This document shows positions 9,835-18,460 of a stretch of DNA of 64,000 nt, piece after piece. Positions within the stretch are counted from its first letter, which is position 1; every line of letters begins with the position of its first letter. The notes under the pieces are model-generated. The model was not told where the DNA came from. It ran no database searches and was given only the letters and a program-made list of their open reading frames with translations. A program made the translations under genes and the position numbers. The DNA is from Cenarchaeum sp. (lineage in GTDB: Archaea; Thermoproteota; Nitrososphaeria; Nitrososphaerales; Nitrosopumilaceae), in assembly GCA_963693095.2 (NCBI GenBank), contig OY843768.1, forward strand, positions 32,001 to 96,000, in the 5' to 3' direction.

Positions 9835-10497
9835 ATGAGAAATGACGGCTCGGGCATAGTTGGCGGGGGTCCTGACTATTTCCGCCTCGCCGAGGATGCG
9901 ATAACGGAGATAGGCATGTCCCTGTGCCCGCAGTCATGGAAGGACGGCCTCCTCAATGGCAACTATGGCGACACGCTCTCTAAAATGCGCCTCTATGCAA
10001 AGTTTCTCAGTGTTGGCAAGACACTCTTGCCGCTGCAGTGTTCAAAGAGCCCTGGGGTCACCGCCTTTGACTTTCGGGCAGAGGCCAAAGGCAATGGGTG
10101 CTGGGTTGCCGTCTGCATGCTAGAGAACGAGATGCGCCTCCTCATGGACAATGAGCGCAGCATGATGCGCCACGATCCGGGCGACTATGGCCAACGGTCC
10201 GCCAAGATTACGTCTGAAAGGATAGTCGAGATGGCCCGTGCGCGCCTGGCCTCAGTCACGGTGCGAGACGAGCAGGCCATTCTGGCCATCACCGACCCCC
10301 TGGCCATGGTCGGCGACTATGGCGGGCTGGATGATGCGATGGAGGCGATCGCAGACGAGATTGGCTGGCTGTCTGCCGTCGTTCTCGTCCATGCCGACTC
10401 GTGTGACATACGTGACGTGCGGGGCACGGCAAACCCGCTGTCGGCGATAATCCGCGAGAGGATCATGGATGCCTGCGAGGCGCCTGCAGGGCGCTGA
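9835..10497 (+). CDS. Hypothetical protein
   Basis: 220-aa ORF co-oriented 46 nt after the previous gene. No confident family. Confidence 0.55.
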   Translation: MRNDGSGIVGGGPDYFRLAEDAITEIGMSLCPQSWKDGLLNGNYGDTLSKMRLYAKFLSVGKTLLPLQCSKSPGVTAFDFRAEAKGNGCWVAVCMLENEMRLLMDNERSMMRHDPGDYGQRSAKITSERIVEMARARLASVTVRDEQAILAITDPLAMVGDYGGLDDAMEAIADEIGWLSAVVLVHADSCDIRDVRGTANPLSAIIRERIMDACEAPAGR

Positions 10498-10620
10498 TGG
10501 CGTGATGTATATGCGACTTGGGCATATCGCGCTCTTGCCTTTGCCACTCGCCGTTCTGGCTAGAGTGAGAGGCTGTTCAAAACTTCGACCCTGAAACAGT
10601 CCGCGCCGACTTGGTCGCCC

Positions 10621-11403
10621 TCACGCAACAGCCCTTGCTGACACGCGCCGTCCTGACCTGGGGGCCGCGGCAATGCGCATCTTTGGATACTCGCTATACG
10701 TTCTGTCTCCCACCTTTCGCCCGCCGGCCTTTGGATAGCGGCCGCCCCATTGCTTAAAGAACACCTTTACGCCCTGGCTCTTGCACTGCCTTATGAGGCC
10801 AACGACCCACTCCTTTTCAACCATTCTGTAATTGTGCCCGCTCTCGCCGCCAATTATTGCCCAGTCTATGCCCTCTAGGTTCACCCCGTCTATTGGGCTG
10901 AGGAGCGGCTCAAAGCTGACAAACTTTATCTCGCACTTTACCTCCCTGAGCCTGTCTATGCGGTTCGTCGTCGAGGCGTTCTCCACACTAGTCCCCATCC
11001 AGATGTGCTGCGGTATGTCACGTCTGTGGCGCCTTGCAAACTCGCCAGAGAACGCCCTCATCCGCGTCGGCCGCTTTGTGAGAACCTGATAGATGTGCCA
11101 GTCGGCCACTACCATCACGTCAAAGCACCTGCTGATAAACTCGCGCGTAGAGTCCTCGTGGAACATGTCTGACATTGAGTTGACAAATATCTTTTTGGGC
11201 TTTTTCCACGACAGCGGAAGGTCGACCTCGCCGGCATGCTCGATGAACTCAAAGCCGTTCTGGTACTTTGCGACTCCCATGGCCTTTAGGCGCGCCGAGA
11301 GTTTCTCGGCATAGCAGTTCTTGCACCCCGAGGAGACCTTGCTGCACCCTGTCGACGGGTTCCACGTCGCCTCGGTCCACTCTATGGCAGAGTTTGTGGC
11401 CAT
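10621..11403 (-). CDS. DUF5131 (phage Gp37/Gp68) family protein
   Basis: SAIEWTEATWNPSTGCSKVSSGCKNCYA, IFVNSMSDMFH, LTKRP, SFEPLL, IIGGESG and FFKQWGG signatures. Confidence 0.93.
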   Translation of the reverse strand: MATNSAIEWTEATWNPSTGCSKVSSGCKNCYAEKLSARLKAMGVAKYQNGFEFIEHAGEVDLPLSWKKPKKIFVNSMSDMFHEDSTREFISRCFDVMVVADWHIYQVLTKRPTRMRAFSGEFARRHRRDIPQHIWMGTSVENASTTNRIDRLREVKCEIKFVSFEPLLSPIDGVNLEGIDWAIIGGESGHNYRMVEKEWVVGLIRQCKSQGVKVFFKQWGGRYPKAGGRKVGDRTYSEYPKMRIAAAPRSGRRVSARAVA

Positions 11404-11952
11404 GTGATGGCGTTTTTGCAGGCGAATGTATAAACATTATCGTGACATGGCTCTGTTTCATAACCAGATTCTAGGCGTGCCGTCTCTGGGCGCCTCCCCG
11501 CGGATCGCCACGCGTCCGAGCACAGCTACCTCAAATCATTAAACAGTGTATGTTCAATTGTCTAGTTCGTCAATTTGTTAGTATAGATCCATTGCAAACA
11601 GACAAGTTCGTACGTGCTGATTTGAAATATGGGGTGCGATTTTCATCCGAACAAGGTTCAGTCCAAACCCGCCTTTCTTGATCGGTGACGCCATATTGTT
11701 CCCCATGCCGTTCCTCGCAATTTTTGCCCTCTAATGTGGGATTGGTACCTGCAGACTTGTGCATTGCCTCGCTAGGCATGTGTGGAGCCATCACCCACGT
11801 CGCACGCACGGACTCCACGTTATTCCCAGTGGATCTCCATGTCGGGAAGGTGGACGTGTACACCGACCCCCATGATCCCGGCCGGCTTTTCGCAGTGCGC
11901 ACGCCTAGATGCCACGATAAAGTATATACGCCAACCTCGAAAAGGGCTCGCG

Positions 11953-12450
11953 ATGAGCAAGATCACCTATCCTGACAAGACGCTGTCCAACAATGAGGCC
12001 ACGATGGAGCTCCTCGTGCGCCACTCTGGTGGCACCAGGGAGGAGCTCGAGGAGATTGCCAGGTGGGGCAGGGAGCGCAAGGAGAGGATCGACATACTGC
12101 GCCGCCTCGCCGGCCTCTTGGACCAAAAGGGCGTCTTTAGGAGCGGCAAGGAAAAGATGGACAGCCTCGAGGCCGCCTTTACCATTCACCATTGCGTCGC
12201 CATAGCTAGCAAGCACGGCCTTGACATGAAGTACGAGTTCAATGACAACGAGTACGGCCCGTTCTCCTCAGACCTCAACATAGATCTCCATGCCGTTCAA
12301 CCCGTGCCCGTGAACATTCCCACCGGCCTATTTCCCAGCGACGCAGACGAGTCGGCGTTTCTTGAGGCCATTGAGGGAAAGGATGCCGATGAGATTGGCA
12401 AGTTTGCGCGCTTACTCGTGATAGAGGAGCGGTATCGCATACTGATCTAG
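11953..12450 (+). CDS. YwgA/Panacea-like putative antitoxin, paralog 3
   Basis: ATG 11953, 165 aa, YEFNDNEYGPFSSDL. GATAAAGTATATA upstream. Near-identical to 12790-13287. Confidence 0.65.
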   Translation: MSKITYPDKTLSNNEATMELLVRHSGGTREELEEIARWGRERKERIDILRRLAGLLDQKGVFRSGKEKMDSLEAAFTIHHCVAIASKHGLDMKYEFNDNEYGPFSSDLNIDLHAVQPVPVNIPTGLFPSDADESAFLEAIEGKDADEIGKFARLLVIEERYRILI

Positions 12451-12593
12451 TGCGAGGCGGCCTGCCTGGCTCATGGCGCGCCCTGCATGCCGATAATATG
12501 GACGCGCGTGGTGGCTCGCCGCAATTGCTCATAACAGGGAGGGCGTAAGCGGGATTGTGGGGCCTAGTTCTCGCATGACGCCCACGCTTGTGC

Positions 12594-12736
12594 TGTATTG
12601 TACGAAAAGTAGGAGCGGAGGCCAGATGGCTTGCCGGGCGCAGATCCTGAAGCCCAGAGGCGGCCAGCGGGCCCGGCAGGCTGCCGGATCCGCGCCCGGC
12701 AGGCATTCCTGCCCAGTCTACTATTCGTACAATACA
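12594..12736. mobile_element. 143-bp MITE related to the IS481 element
   Basis: Perfect 13-bp terminal IR TGTATTGTACGAA/TTCGTACAATACA, similar to the IS481 TIR. Internal GGCAGGCATTCCTGCCCA is shared with the IS481 end at ~5504-5521. No ORF and no clear TSD. Confidence 0.8.
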
Positions 12737-12789
12737 TATGTCTAGCTGCCACGATAAAGCATATACGCCCACCCTGAATAGGGCTCGCG

Positions 12790-13287
12790 ATGAGCAAGAT
12801 CACCTATCCTGACAAGACGCTGTCCAACAATGAGGCCACGATGGAGCTCCTTATACGCCACTCTGGTGGCACCAGGGAGGAGCTCGAGGAGATTGCCAGG
12901 TGGGGCAGGGAGCGCAAGGAGAGGATCGACATACTGCGCCGCCTCGCCGGCCTCTTGGACCAAAAGGGCGTCTTTAGGAGCGGCAAGGAAAAGATGGACA
13001 GCCTCGAGGCCGCCTTTACCATTCACCATTGCGTCGCCATAGCTAGCAAGCACGGCCTTGACATGAAGTACGAGTTCAATGACAACGAGTACGGCCCGTT
13101 CTCCCCGGATCTCCATCTCGATCTCCATGCCGTCACGCCAGTGCCCGTGAACATCCCCACCGGCCTATTTCCCAGCGACGCAGACGAGTCGGCGTTTCTT
13201 GAGGCCATTGAGGGAAAGGATGCCGATGAGATTGGCAAGTTTGCGCGCTTACTCGTGATAGAGGAGCGGTATCGCATACTGATCTAG
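12790..13287 (+). CDS. YwgA/Panacea-like putative antitoxin, paralog 4
   Basis: Tandem duplicate of 11953-12450, including the promoter region. Confidence 0.65.
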   Translation: MSKITYPDKTLSNNEATMELLIRHSGGTREELEEIARWGRERKERIDILRRLAGLLDQKGVFRSGKEKMDSLEAAFTIHHCVAIASKHGLDMKYEFNDNEYGPFSPDLHLDLHAVTPVPVNIPTGLFPSDADESAFLEAIEGKDADEIGKFARLLVIEERYRILI

Positions 13288-13670
13288 TGCCAGACGGCCT
13301 GTCCGGCCCCTGGCATGTCCTGTACGCCTGCAACATGGACGCGTATGGCAGCCCACTCTCTGATGAGAGGCGCATGACCATCATCCAGCATATTGCAGAG
13401 CACACTGGCGTAATCAGTGCGCGCCATGGACACATTCTAAGCGTTAACGGAAGGAGATTGATCATAATTGCGCGCGATTCGGCGCTGACCATGCTGAAAA
13501 TCAACAACATCGTGCCTGCTCGCATGGGTGCCATGACCAATGCCATCGATGCGCTGGTGCACGAGGTTTTGGAGCTGGACGATCCGCACCTGGTCGCCCG
13601 ACGGAGGTTTGCCGCCGAGACAGACGGCTCAACTGCGCCCTGGGACGTTTCATGGAGAACACGGCCATGA
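13287..13670 (+). CDS. Hypothetical protein
   Basis: 127-aa ORF abutting paralog 4. A decayed homologous start follows paralog 3 (12450-12540). Confidence 0.35.
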   Translation: MPDGLSGPWHVLYACNMDAYGSPLSDERRMTIIQHIAEHTGVISARHGHILSVNGRRLIIIARDSALTMLKINNIVPARMGAMTNAIDALVHEVLELDDPHLVARRRFAAETDGSTAPWDVSWRTRP

Positions 13671-13804
13671 GCTCCCCTGCGATCCCCACACTCGACAGGT
13701 GTGTGCGGCCTATGGGGCAGAGTTGTCGCGCATGGGCACGGCGATCGTCTGGCTGAATGGGCGCGGCTCCCGCATTCTTGGACTTCTGCCATGGGGCAGC
13801 CTTG

Positions 13805-15320
13805 GTATGAGGTCAGCACCTAGACCGCACGCATGACCTCCTCGACCACGCTCTTCCCCATGGCCCTCCACGTCAGGAAGCACGTCAGGAGGATAGACAT
13901 GCGCCTGGCAGCCGGCGCGCCCCCCTTGAGCTGGCCGCTCACCTTGCGGCGCACGACCACGTCGCGCAGCTCCCTCTCGGCGGCGTTGTTCGTGGGCGCG
14001 ACGCCGGCGTGCTCGCAGAACGCGAACATCTGCGGCGCGGCGCGGCGGAGCCTGGCCACGGCGCGCGCCAGCTCCCAGCCCCCGCCGTCGTCGTGCCGGT
14101 CCAGCAGCGACGCCAGGGCGTCCTCCATCGCGCGCCGCAGCTCCGCGCACGGCGCGACGGCGGTGTCCCTGGCGGCGCGGTACAGCGAGAGGAGGTCGGC
14201 GTGCAGCCCGGGCAGCGCCCCGCCGTGCATCCTGGCGGCGTGCTCCACGGCGCGCAGCTCGTGCGCCCAGCACCGCTGGTGCATCCCGCCGGCGTCGAAC
14301 CTGTTGTACGCCGGGTGCCCGTCGGTTATCACCACGCCTTCGTACCCTGGGAGTATCACGTCGAGCACCTGCGCGCCCCTGCTCTTGCTGAACTCCAACC
14401 CGACACGGTTCCCGCCCGTCGCCAGCCACATCCAGTGGCCCTCGCCGGAGCTTGGGAACCCCGTCTCGTCCACGTGCACGTGCGACGCCCTCCTGATCTC
14501 CGCCCATATGCGCTCGGCCTCCGGCTCCAGCGCGTCGGCCACGTTGTCCCTTATGCGCAGCACGGTCGCCTTTGACATGGAGACCCCGTGCACTTCCAGC
14601 ATCTCGGCGGCGATCCGCTCGACGGGCGTCCGAGTGCGCACGGACGACGCCACGGTGCCGACGAGCCTCCTGCCGTAGGACCCGCGGGCCGGCAGGCCGG
14701 AGTCCGCCCGCCGCGTCGCGCCGCAGTCCGCGCACGTGGCCGACTCGACATAGTGCCGCGTCTCGACCGGCCGCGGGGGCGGGATCTCGATGATGTCGCG
14801 CACCGCCGTCGTGACCTCCATGCGGCCGCCGCACTCGCACGGCCCGCGGTCGACGCGGTGCCGCTCCGTCCCCGTCGGCGCGTGCCGGCGCGACGTGCCG
14901 CGGTGGCCGGGCCTGCCGCCGGGCGTCCCGTGCGGCGGGAGCTCGCCGCGCTCCCTCGCCCGCCGCAGCTCGCGCTTCCTCCTCTTGTGCTCCAGCGACG
15001 CCGACGACGGCGGCGTGTTGGCGTTCTGGTAGTACGACAGCGTGCGCCTCATCGCCTCTACCTCCGCCTCCAGCTCGGCGATCCTCTCGTCCCTCGACCT
15101 GACGGTGTCCTCCAGCCCGTGGACCTCCCCCTGCAGCTCCTTGACCTGCAGGCCCAGCGCCCTGGAGATCCCCTCGACGGCCCTGAGCCTGCCATTGAGC
15201 TGTGCCAGCGTGCTGTCCTGCTTCCCGCGACCCCTCACGCCCCGGCGCGCGCCCCAGCGGTAAATGGATCGGTAGGATCGCGCCTATTTGACCAAATGGG
15301 CAGGGGTGCTGACCTCATAC
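13805..15320 (-). mobile_element. IS66-family (single-ORF, ISBst12-like) element, copy 1
   Basis: 16-bp perfect TIR GTATGAGGTCAGCACC. 8-bp TSD CAGCCTTG at 13797-13804 and 15321-15328. Length 1516 bp. Confidence 0.95.
13820..15238 (-). CDS. IS66-family transposase
   Basis: Coiled coil, Zn-finger CECGG/CADCG, and HVDETG, TDGH..Y, QRCWAH, TNNAAERELR motifs. Confidence 0.93.
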   Translation of the reverse strand: MRGRGKQDSTLAQLNGRLRAVEGISRALGLQVKELQGEVHGLEDTVRSRDERIAELEAEVEAMRRTLSYYQNANTPPSSASLEHKRRKRELRRARERGELPPHGTPGGRPGHRGTSRRHAPTGTERHRVDRGPCECGGRMEVTTAVRDIIEIPPPRPVETRHYVESATCADCGATRRADSGLPARGSYGRRLVGTVASSVRTRTPVERIAAEMLEVHGVSMSKATVLRIRDNVADALEPEAERIWAEIRRASHVHVDETGFPSSGEGHWMWLATGGNRVGLEFSKSRGAQVLDVILPGYEGVVITDGHPAYNRFDAGGMHQRCWAHELRAVEHAARMHGGALPGLHADLLSLYRAARDTAVAPCAELRRAMEDALASLLDRHDDGGGWELARAVARLRRAAPQMFAFCEHAGVAPTNNAAERELRDVVVRRKVSGQLKGGAPAARRMSILLTCFLTWRAMGKSVVEEVMRAV

Positions 15321-15374
15321 CAGCCTTGCGGCACACAACTTAAAACCCGTTTATCCCACGCGCGAGCCTGCGCA

Positions 15375-15836
15375 TTGGCGGCCCCGGACCACTCTAAAAA
15401 CATCATAGTCGCCCTAGCGGCCCTCCCCGAGTTCCTGCGCCGGCCCATGCTCACGCGGCGCCTCGCCGAGTTTTACTCCATGCCGCCTGATGAGCAGCGC
15501 GAGATCATTGACGGCGCGCTCGCCGCGGCGCCGACACTGCCCTTTGATGACCTCGCCAGGCTGTTGCGAACGTGGCTCATCGCCGTCTGCGCGCTACCCG
15601 AGGATCGCCGGCGCCACATGCTCGGCACGTATGCTGCGGCCATTTGCGCAAACCCCGAGCGCCTCGTCGCGCTCCACCTAGACGGCATGCTCGAGGTCCT
15701 CCTCTCACTCGATGATTCCCAGCGCGGGATCATTGCGCACTCGGCCGGCCACGCGATAACTGGCGGCGGCGAGGCGTGCCGCGCCGTGCTGATGTCGCTA
15801 ATCCCGCACAATGCGCGCCGGCATGTCGGGATATAG
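15375..15836 (+). CDS. Conserved hypothetical protein (thaumarchaeal type)
   Basis: TTG 15375 lies about 30 nt after CTTAAAA. Helical protein with NIIVALAALPEFLRRPML...GALAAAPTLPF, recalled as similar to Nitrosopumilus hypotheticals. Confidence 0.65.
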   Translation: MAAPDHSKNIIVALAALPEFLRRPMLTRRLAEFYSMPPDEQREIIDGALAAAPTLPFDDLARLLRTWLIAVCALPEDRRRHMLGTYAAAICANPERLVALHLDGMLEVLLSLDDSQRGIIAHSAGHAITGGGEACRAVLMSLIPHNARRHVGI

Positions 15837-16045
15837 CGCACCGCTTTTTAGAATATATCGCACCTGCCTGCCTTTGCTGTTCTGCTAGCACACACGTCAG
15901 CGTATGGCGCGCCGCCTCCAGGGACACACCCTGTGGACTGAATCGCCTGCCTGCCCTGCTAGCGGCTCGCGCCGACGCACAATGCGGCCGCCACTTGGAA
16001 TTCCCTAGATCGAGTCGCCTGCATGCATCGCGCCGGCCATCCGGA

Positions 16046-16315
16046 CTAGGCGTCCGGATTGCGGTTCTCTTCGTCAGTGAGGTTTACCATGCCGCCCTCG
16101 GGGGCCAGGACGCCGACGAAGACCTTTTCGTTCTTGCGCACGAGCTTGCGGTGGTCAGGCATCGACATGTCTAGCCTCATCTCGTTCATTAGCATGACCC
16201 TGTACTCCTTCCACTCTGCCCAGCATTTGGCGCAGCATGGATACTTTGCGGCGGCCTCCTCGAGCACCGCAACGTCGGCGATCTCGGCCTTGCATTTCGT
16301 GCATGTCGTGCCCAT
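16046..16315 (-). CDS. Fe(II)-trafficking/oxidative damage protection protein (YggX-like)
   Basis: CWAEWKEYRVMLMNEMRLDMSMPDHRK matches the YggX 'W..W...QTMLINE.RL' pattern. N-terminal CxxC. Confidence 0.7.
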   Translation of the reverse strand: MGTTCTKCKAEIADVAVLEEAAAKYPCCAKCWAEWKEYRVMLMNEMRLDMSMPDHRKLVRKNEKVFVGVLAPEGGMVNLTDEENRNPDA

Positions 16316-16559
16316 CTCTGGCATGCGCGCCCGTATGTGGCCCATTTATCTCTATGGCGCGCAGGCGGCGCTATGGGGACTCGTCGCCCCCTTTGTCAAT
16401 TGACCCCTGGCCGCTCTGCCCTGCGCGCTGCCTGCCCTGGCGTGGGAAGGCCTGTTGGGCCATCTTGACTCGCTCTATGCAAAAGGCAGCCAAATGATAG
16501 TTTTGCCTTATCGATCTTTGCCAAAACCCCGCTAGGTGAGTGGGCTCTATCGGGGGGTG

Positions 16560-16958
16560 TCATCTGTGATCTTTGTGGCCTGCCTTGGTCGTCTGCGGCG
16601 GGCCGCTCGTGGCGTCATCAGGACTGTCATCTAGCGCGGCGTTCATGCGGATGCGCTGCGAGAGCGGGTGCGAGTCAATGTGCCCCATGATGAGGTTGCG
16701 GTACTTTGAATAGAATGCGCGATCCATGTGCGCGCAGGATTTCTTGTCGCATCCGGGTGTCAGGGCAGAGCACCTGCGCCGAACCTGCTGCTCGTGCGAG
16801 CACTTTGTGCATATGGTCGCCCTATAGTTGCGCCGATGCTCCTCCGAGAGCCTGACGAACTTTTGGCCGTCATCAATCCAGTCATCAACGCGCATGGCCC
16901 ATGCGGTGGCGATAGGGCCGTGGGGCACGCGCGTGATCTCGAGACGGTGTTTGCCCAC
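16560..16958 (-). CDS. Cys-rich hypothetical protein, copy B
   Basis: Inverted paralog of 3996-4406. TTTATA lies upstream on the minus strand (~16985-16990). Confidence 0.65.
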   Translation of the reverse strand: MGKHRLEITRVPHGPIATAWAMRVDDWIDDGQKFVRLSEEHRRNYRATICTKCSHEQQVRRRCSALTPGCDKKSCAHMDRAFYSKYRNLIMGHIDSHPLSQRIRMNAALDDSPDDATSGPPQTTKAGHKDHR

Positions 16959-17057
16959 GTGAGCGTGGCCTTGATGGCTGATCTATAAAGAAACGGATAT
17001 CAAATAATCAACCACATGCACAGAAAAATTAGATCTAGGGCCGAGAGGCCATGGGTA

Positions 17058-18077
17058 TCAAGACTTGCGAATTTTGCCGATGGTGGCTCTGAGAGCGGGC
17101 TTTTGGGCACAATAGTCACTATAGAATGCCCCACTGTCAATACTGGCGCGCACATTATCTAGCTCATCCTGTATGGCATTAAAGGAGCGCACATGTGCTA
17201 TGTGGGAATCAAGTTGGCTTTCGTCATAGCACCACGTCTGAGGGTCGAACAGCTTTGCGCTTGATTTGCTGCGACCAAAAGGTTTTGATGTTGTGCCATT
17301 GTGGCCAAAACGTGGCGGCGAAGCTGGCCAACTAAAACAGTGTGTGTGAGCTCCGCATACCAGTGCAGGAACTATGTTGGAGCGCAGAGCGTATTGCTTG
17401 GGACCGACAGAGATCCTCTCGAATTTGCTCGTTATTCCAATCATATTGCACCACACATCATGATCACGCAGAATCGGTGACAAGATTTGCCATCTGTCAA
17501 AGTATTTCAAGCCATTCCACTGCAGGTTAAAGCGCCTGTAATTTCTGACAATGTGCAATAGCTTGTCTTTGAAATCTTCAGGATCGCCCCGCATAGTTAT
17601 AGTTGGAGATCGTATACTGTCAGTGGGAAAGTCGTCAAACTGCTCTAGCTCTTCCCGAAAAGAGTCCAGTCCTTGAAGTGGGTTTTTTTCCACCGTGGTG
17701 ATGATTGGAAGGCCGAGGCGCCCTTGAAATTCGTGAAATTCCCCAAGTGCCCCGTCAGTCAGATTGCCTGAATGCTGCAGGCTGATTGACGTGATTGACG
17801 GCTTGTGGATGTCCTGGACCAGCTTGATTCTTTTAGCAATGTTGTTTAGGGCGGATTTGTCAGTTAGAGATTGTGAATCGCGAAGGTTGTGGTGATAGTT
17901 GAACATATCTGTGCGGAGCCCAAGGCCGGCCTTGCGCGCATGATCATAGTCAGCATAGTTGGCGCATATGGCCGGAAGGTGATGTGTGACATCGTTGATC
18001 CTAGTCTCAAGATGACTACACGCCAGATTGTTTGCTGGATCGTGAGACTGGCTCACCTTGGTGATCTCTAGTGACAT
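17058..18077 (-). CDS. Hypothetical protein, possibly a divergent TGT-like TIM barrel
   Basis: Lower GC than its flanks. ATG 18077 lies about 25 nt after TTTAATA. The C-terminus AHVRSFNAIQDELDNVRASIDSGAFYSDY resembles the TGT terminal helix (HN...IR.AI..G.F). Confidence 0.45.
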   Translation of the reverse strand: MSLEITKVSQSHDPANNLACSHLETRINDVTHHLPAICANYADYDHARKAGLGLRTDMFNYHHNLRDSQSLTDKSALNNIAKRIKLVQDIHKPSITSISLQHSGNLTDGALGEFHEFQGRLGLPIITTVEKNPLQGLDSFREELEQFDDFPTDSIRSPTITMRGDPEDFKDKLLHIVRNYRRFNLQWNGLKYFDRWQILSPILRDHDVWCNMIGITSKFERISVGPKQYALRSNIVPALVCGAHTHCFSWPASPPRFGHNGTTSKPFGRSKSSAKLFDPQTWCYDESQLDSHIAHVRSFNAIQDELDNVRASIDSGAFYSDYCAQKPALRATIGKIRKS

Positions 18078-18430
18078 GGAGGAGCCGTATGGGTCTACCC
18101 TATTAAAGACTAGCCTGTTATGGGCAGCAGGCATGCACGCCTGCCAATCCTGCAGGGCCGGTATGGCCGTGGCAGACTCGCGCGCGCGCGCCATGACGTG
18201 CGATATCCAGACGTCGAGGAGCTCCGGCTCTGTGGATGCCGCGATCCGGCTCCTGCTCGTGGGTGCTGCGCCGGCTTGACGCGGCCTCGGCAAACACGCC
18301 AGGCCCTGTGGCCCACCCCCCGGCGCGTTATCGGGGAACTTGACGGACTGCGATCAGATCGGCAGCATGCCCCCATCTGCCCGATCGGGCAGAGGCGCCG
18401 GCCCCGTACTGCCGACCCCGCGCTCAATGC

Positions 18431-18436
18431 TTATAA
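18431..18436 (+). promoter_or_regulatory. TATA box of the giant gene
   Basis: TTATAA lies 25 nt before GTG 18461. Confidence 0.55.
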
Positions 18437-18460
18437 CTAATCCGTGGCTCGCGCCGCTCC

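Noticed and set aside
11953-13287. DGR template/variable repeat pair
   Set aside because: The differences are not adenine-specific and there is no reverse transcriptase in the window.
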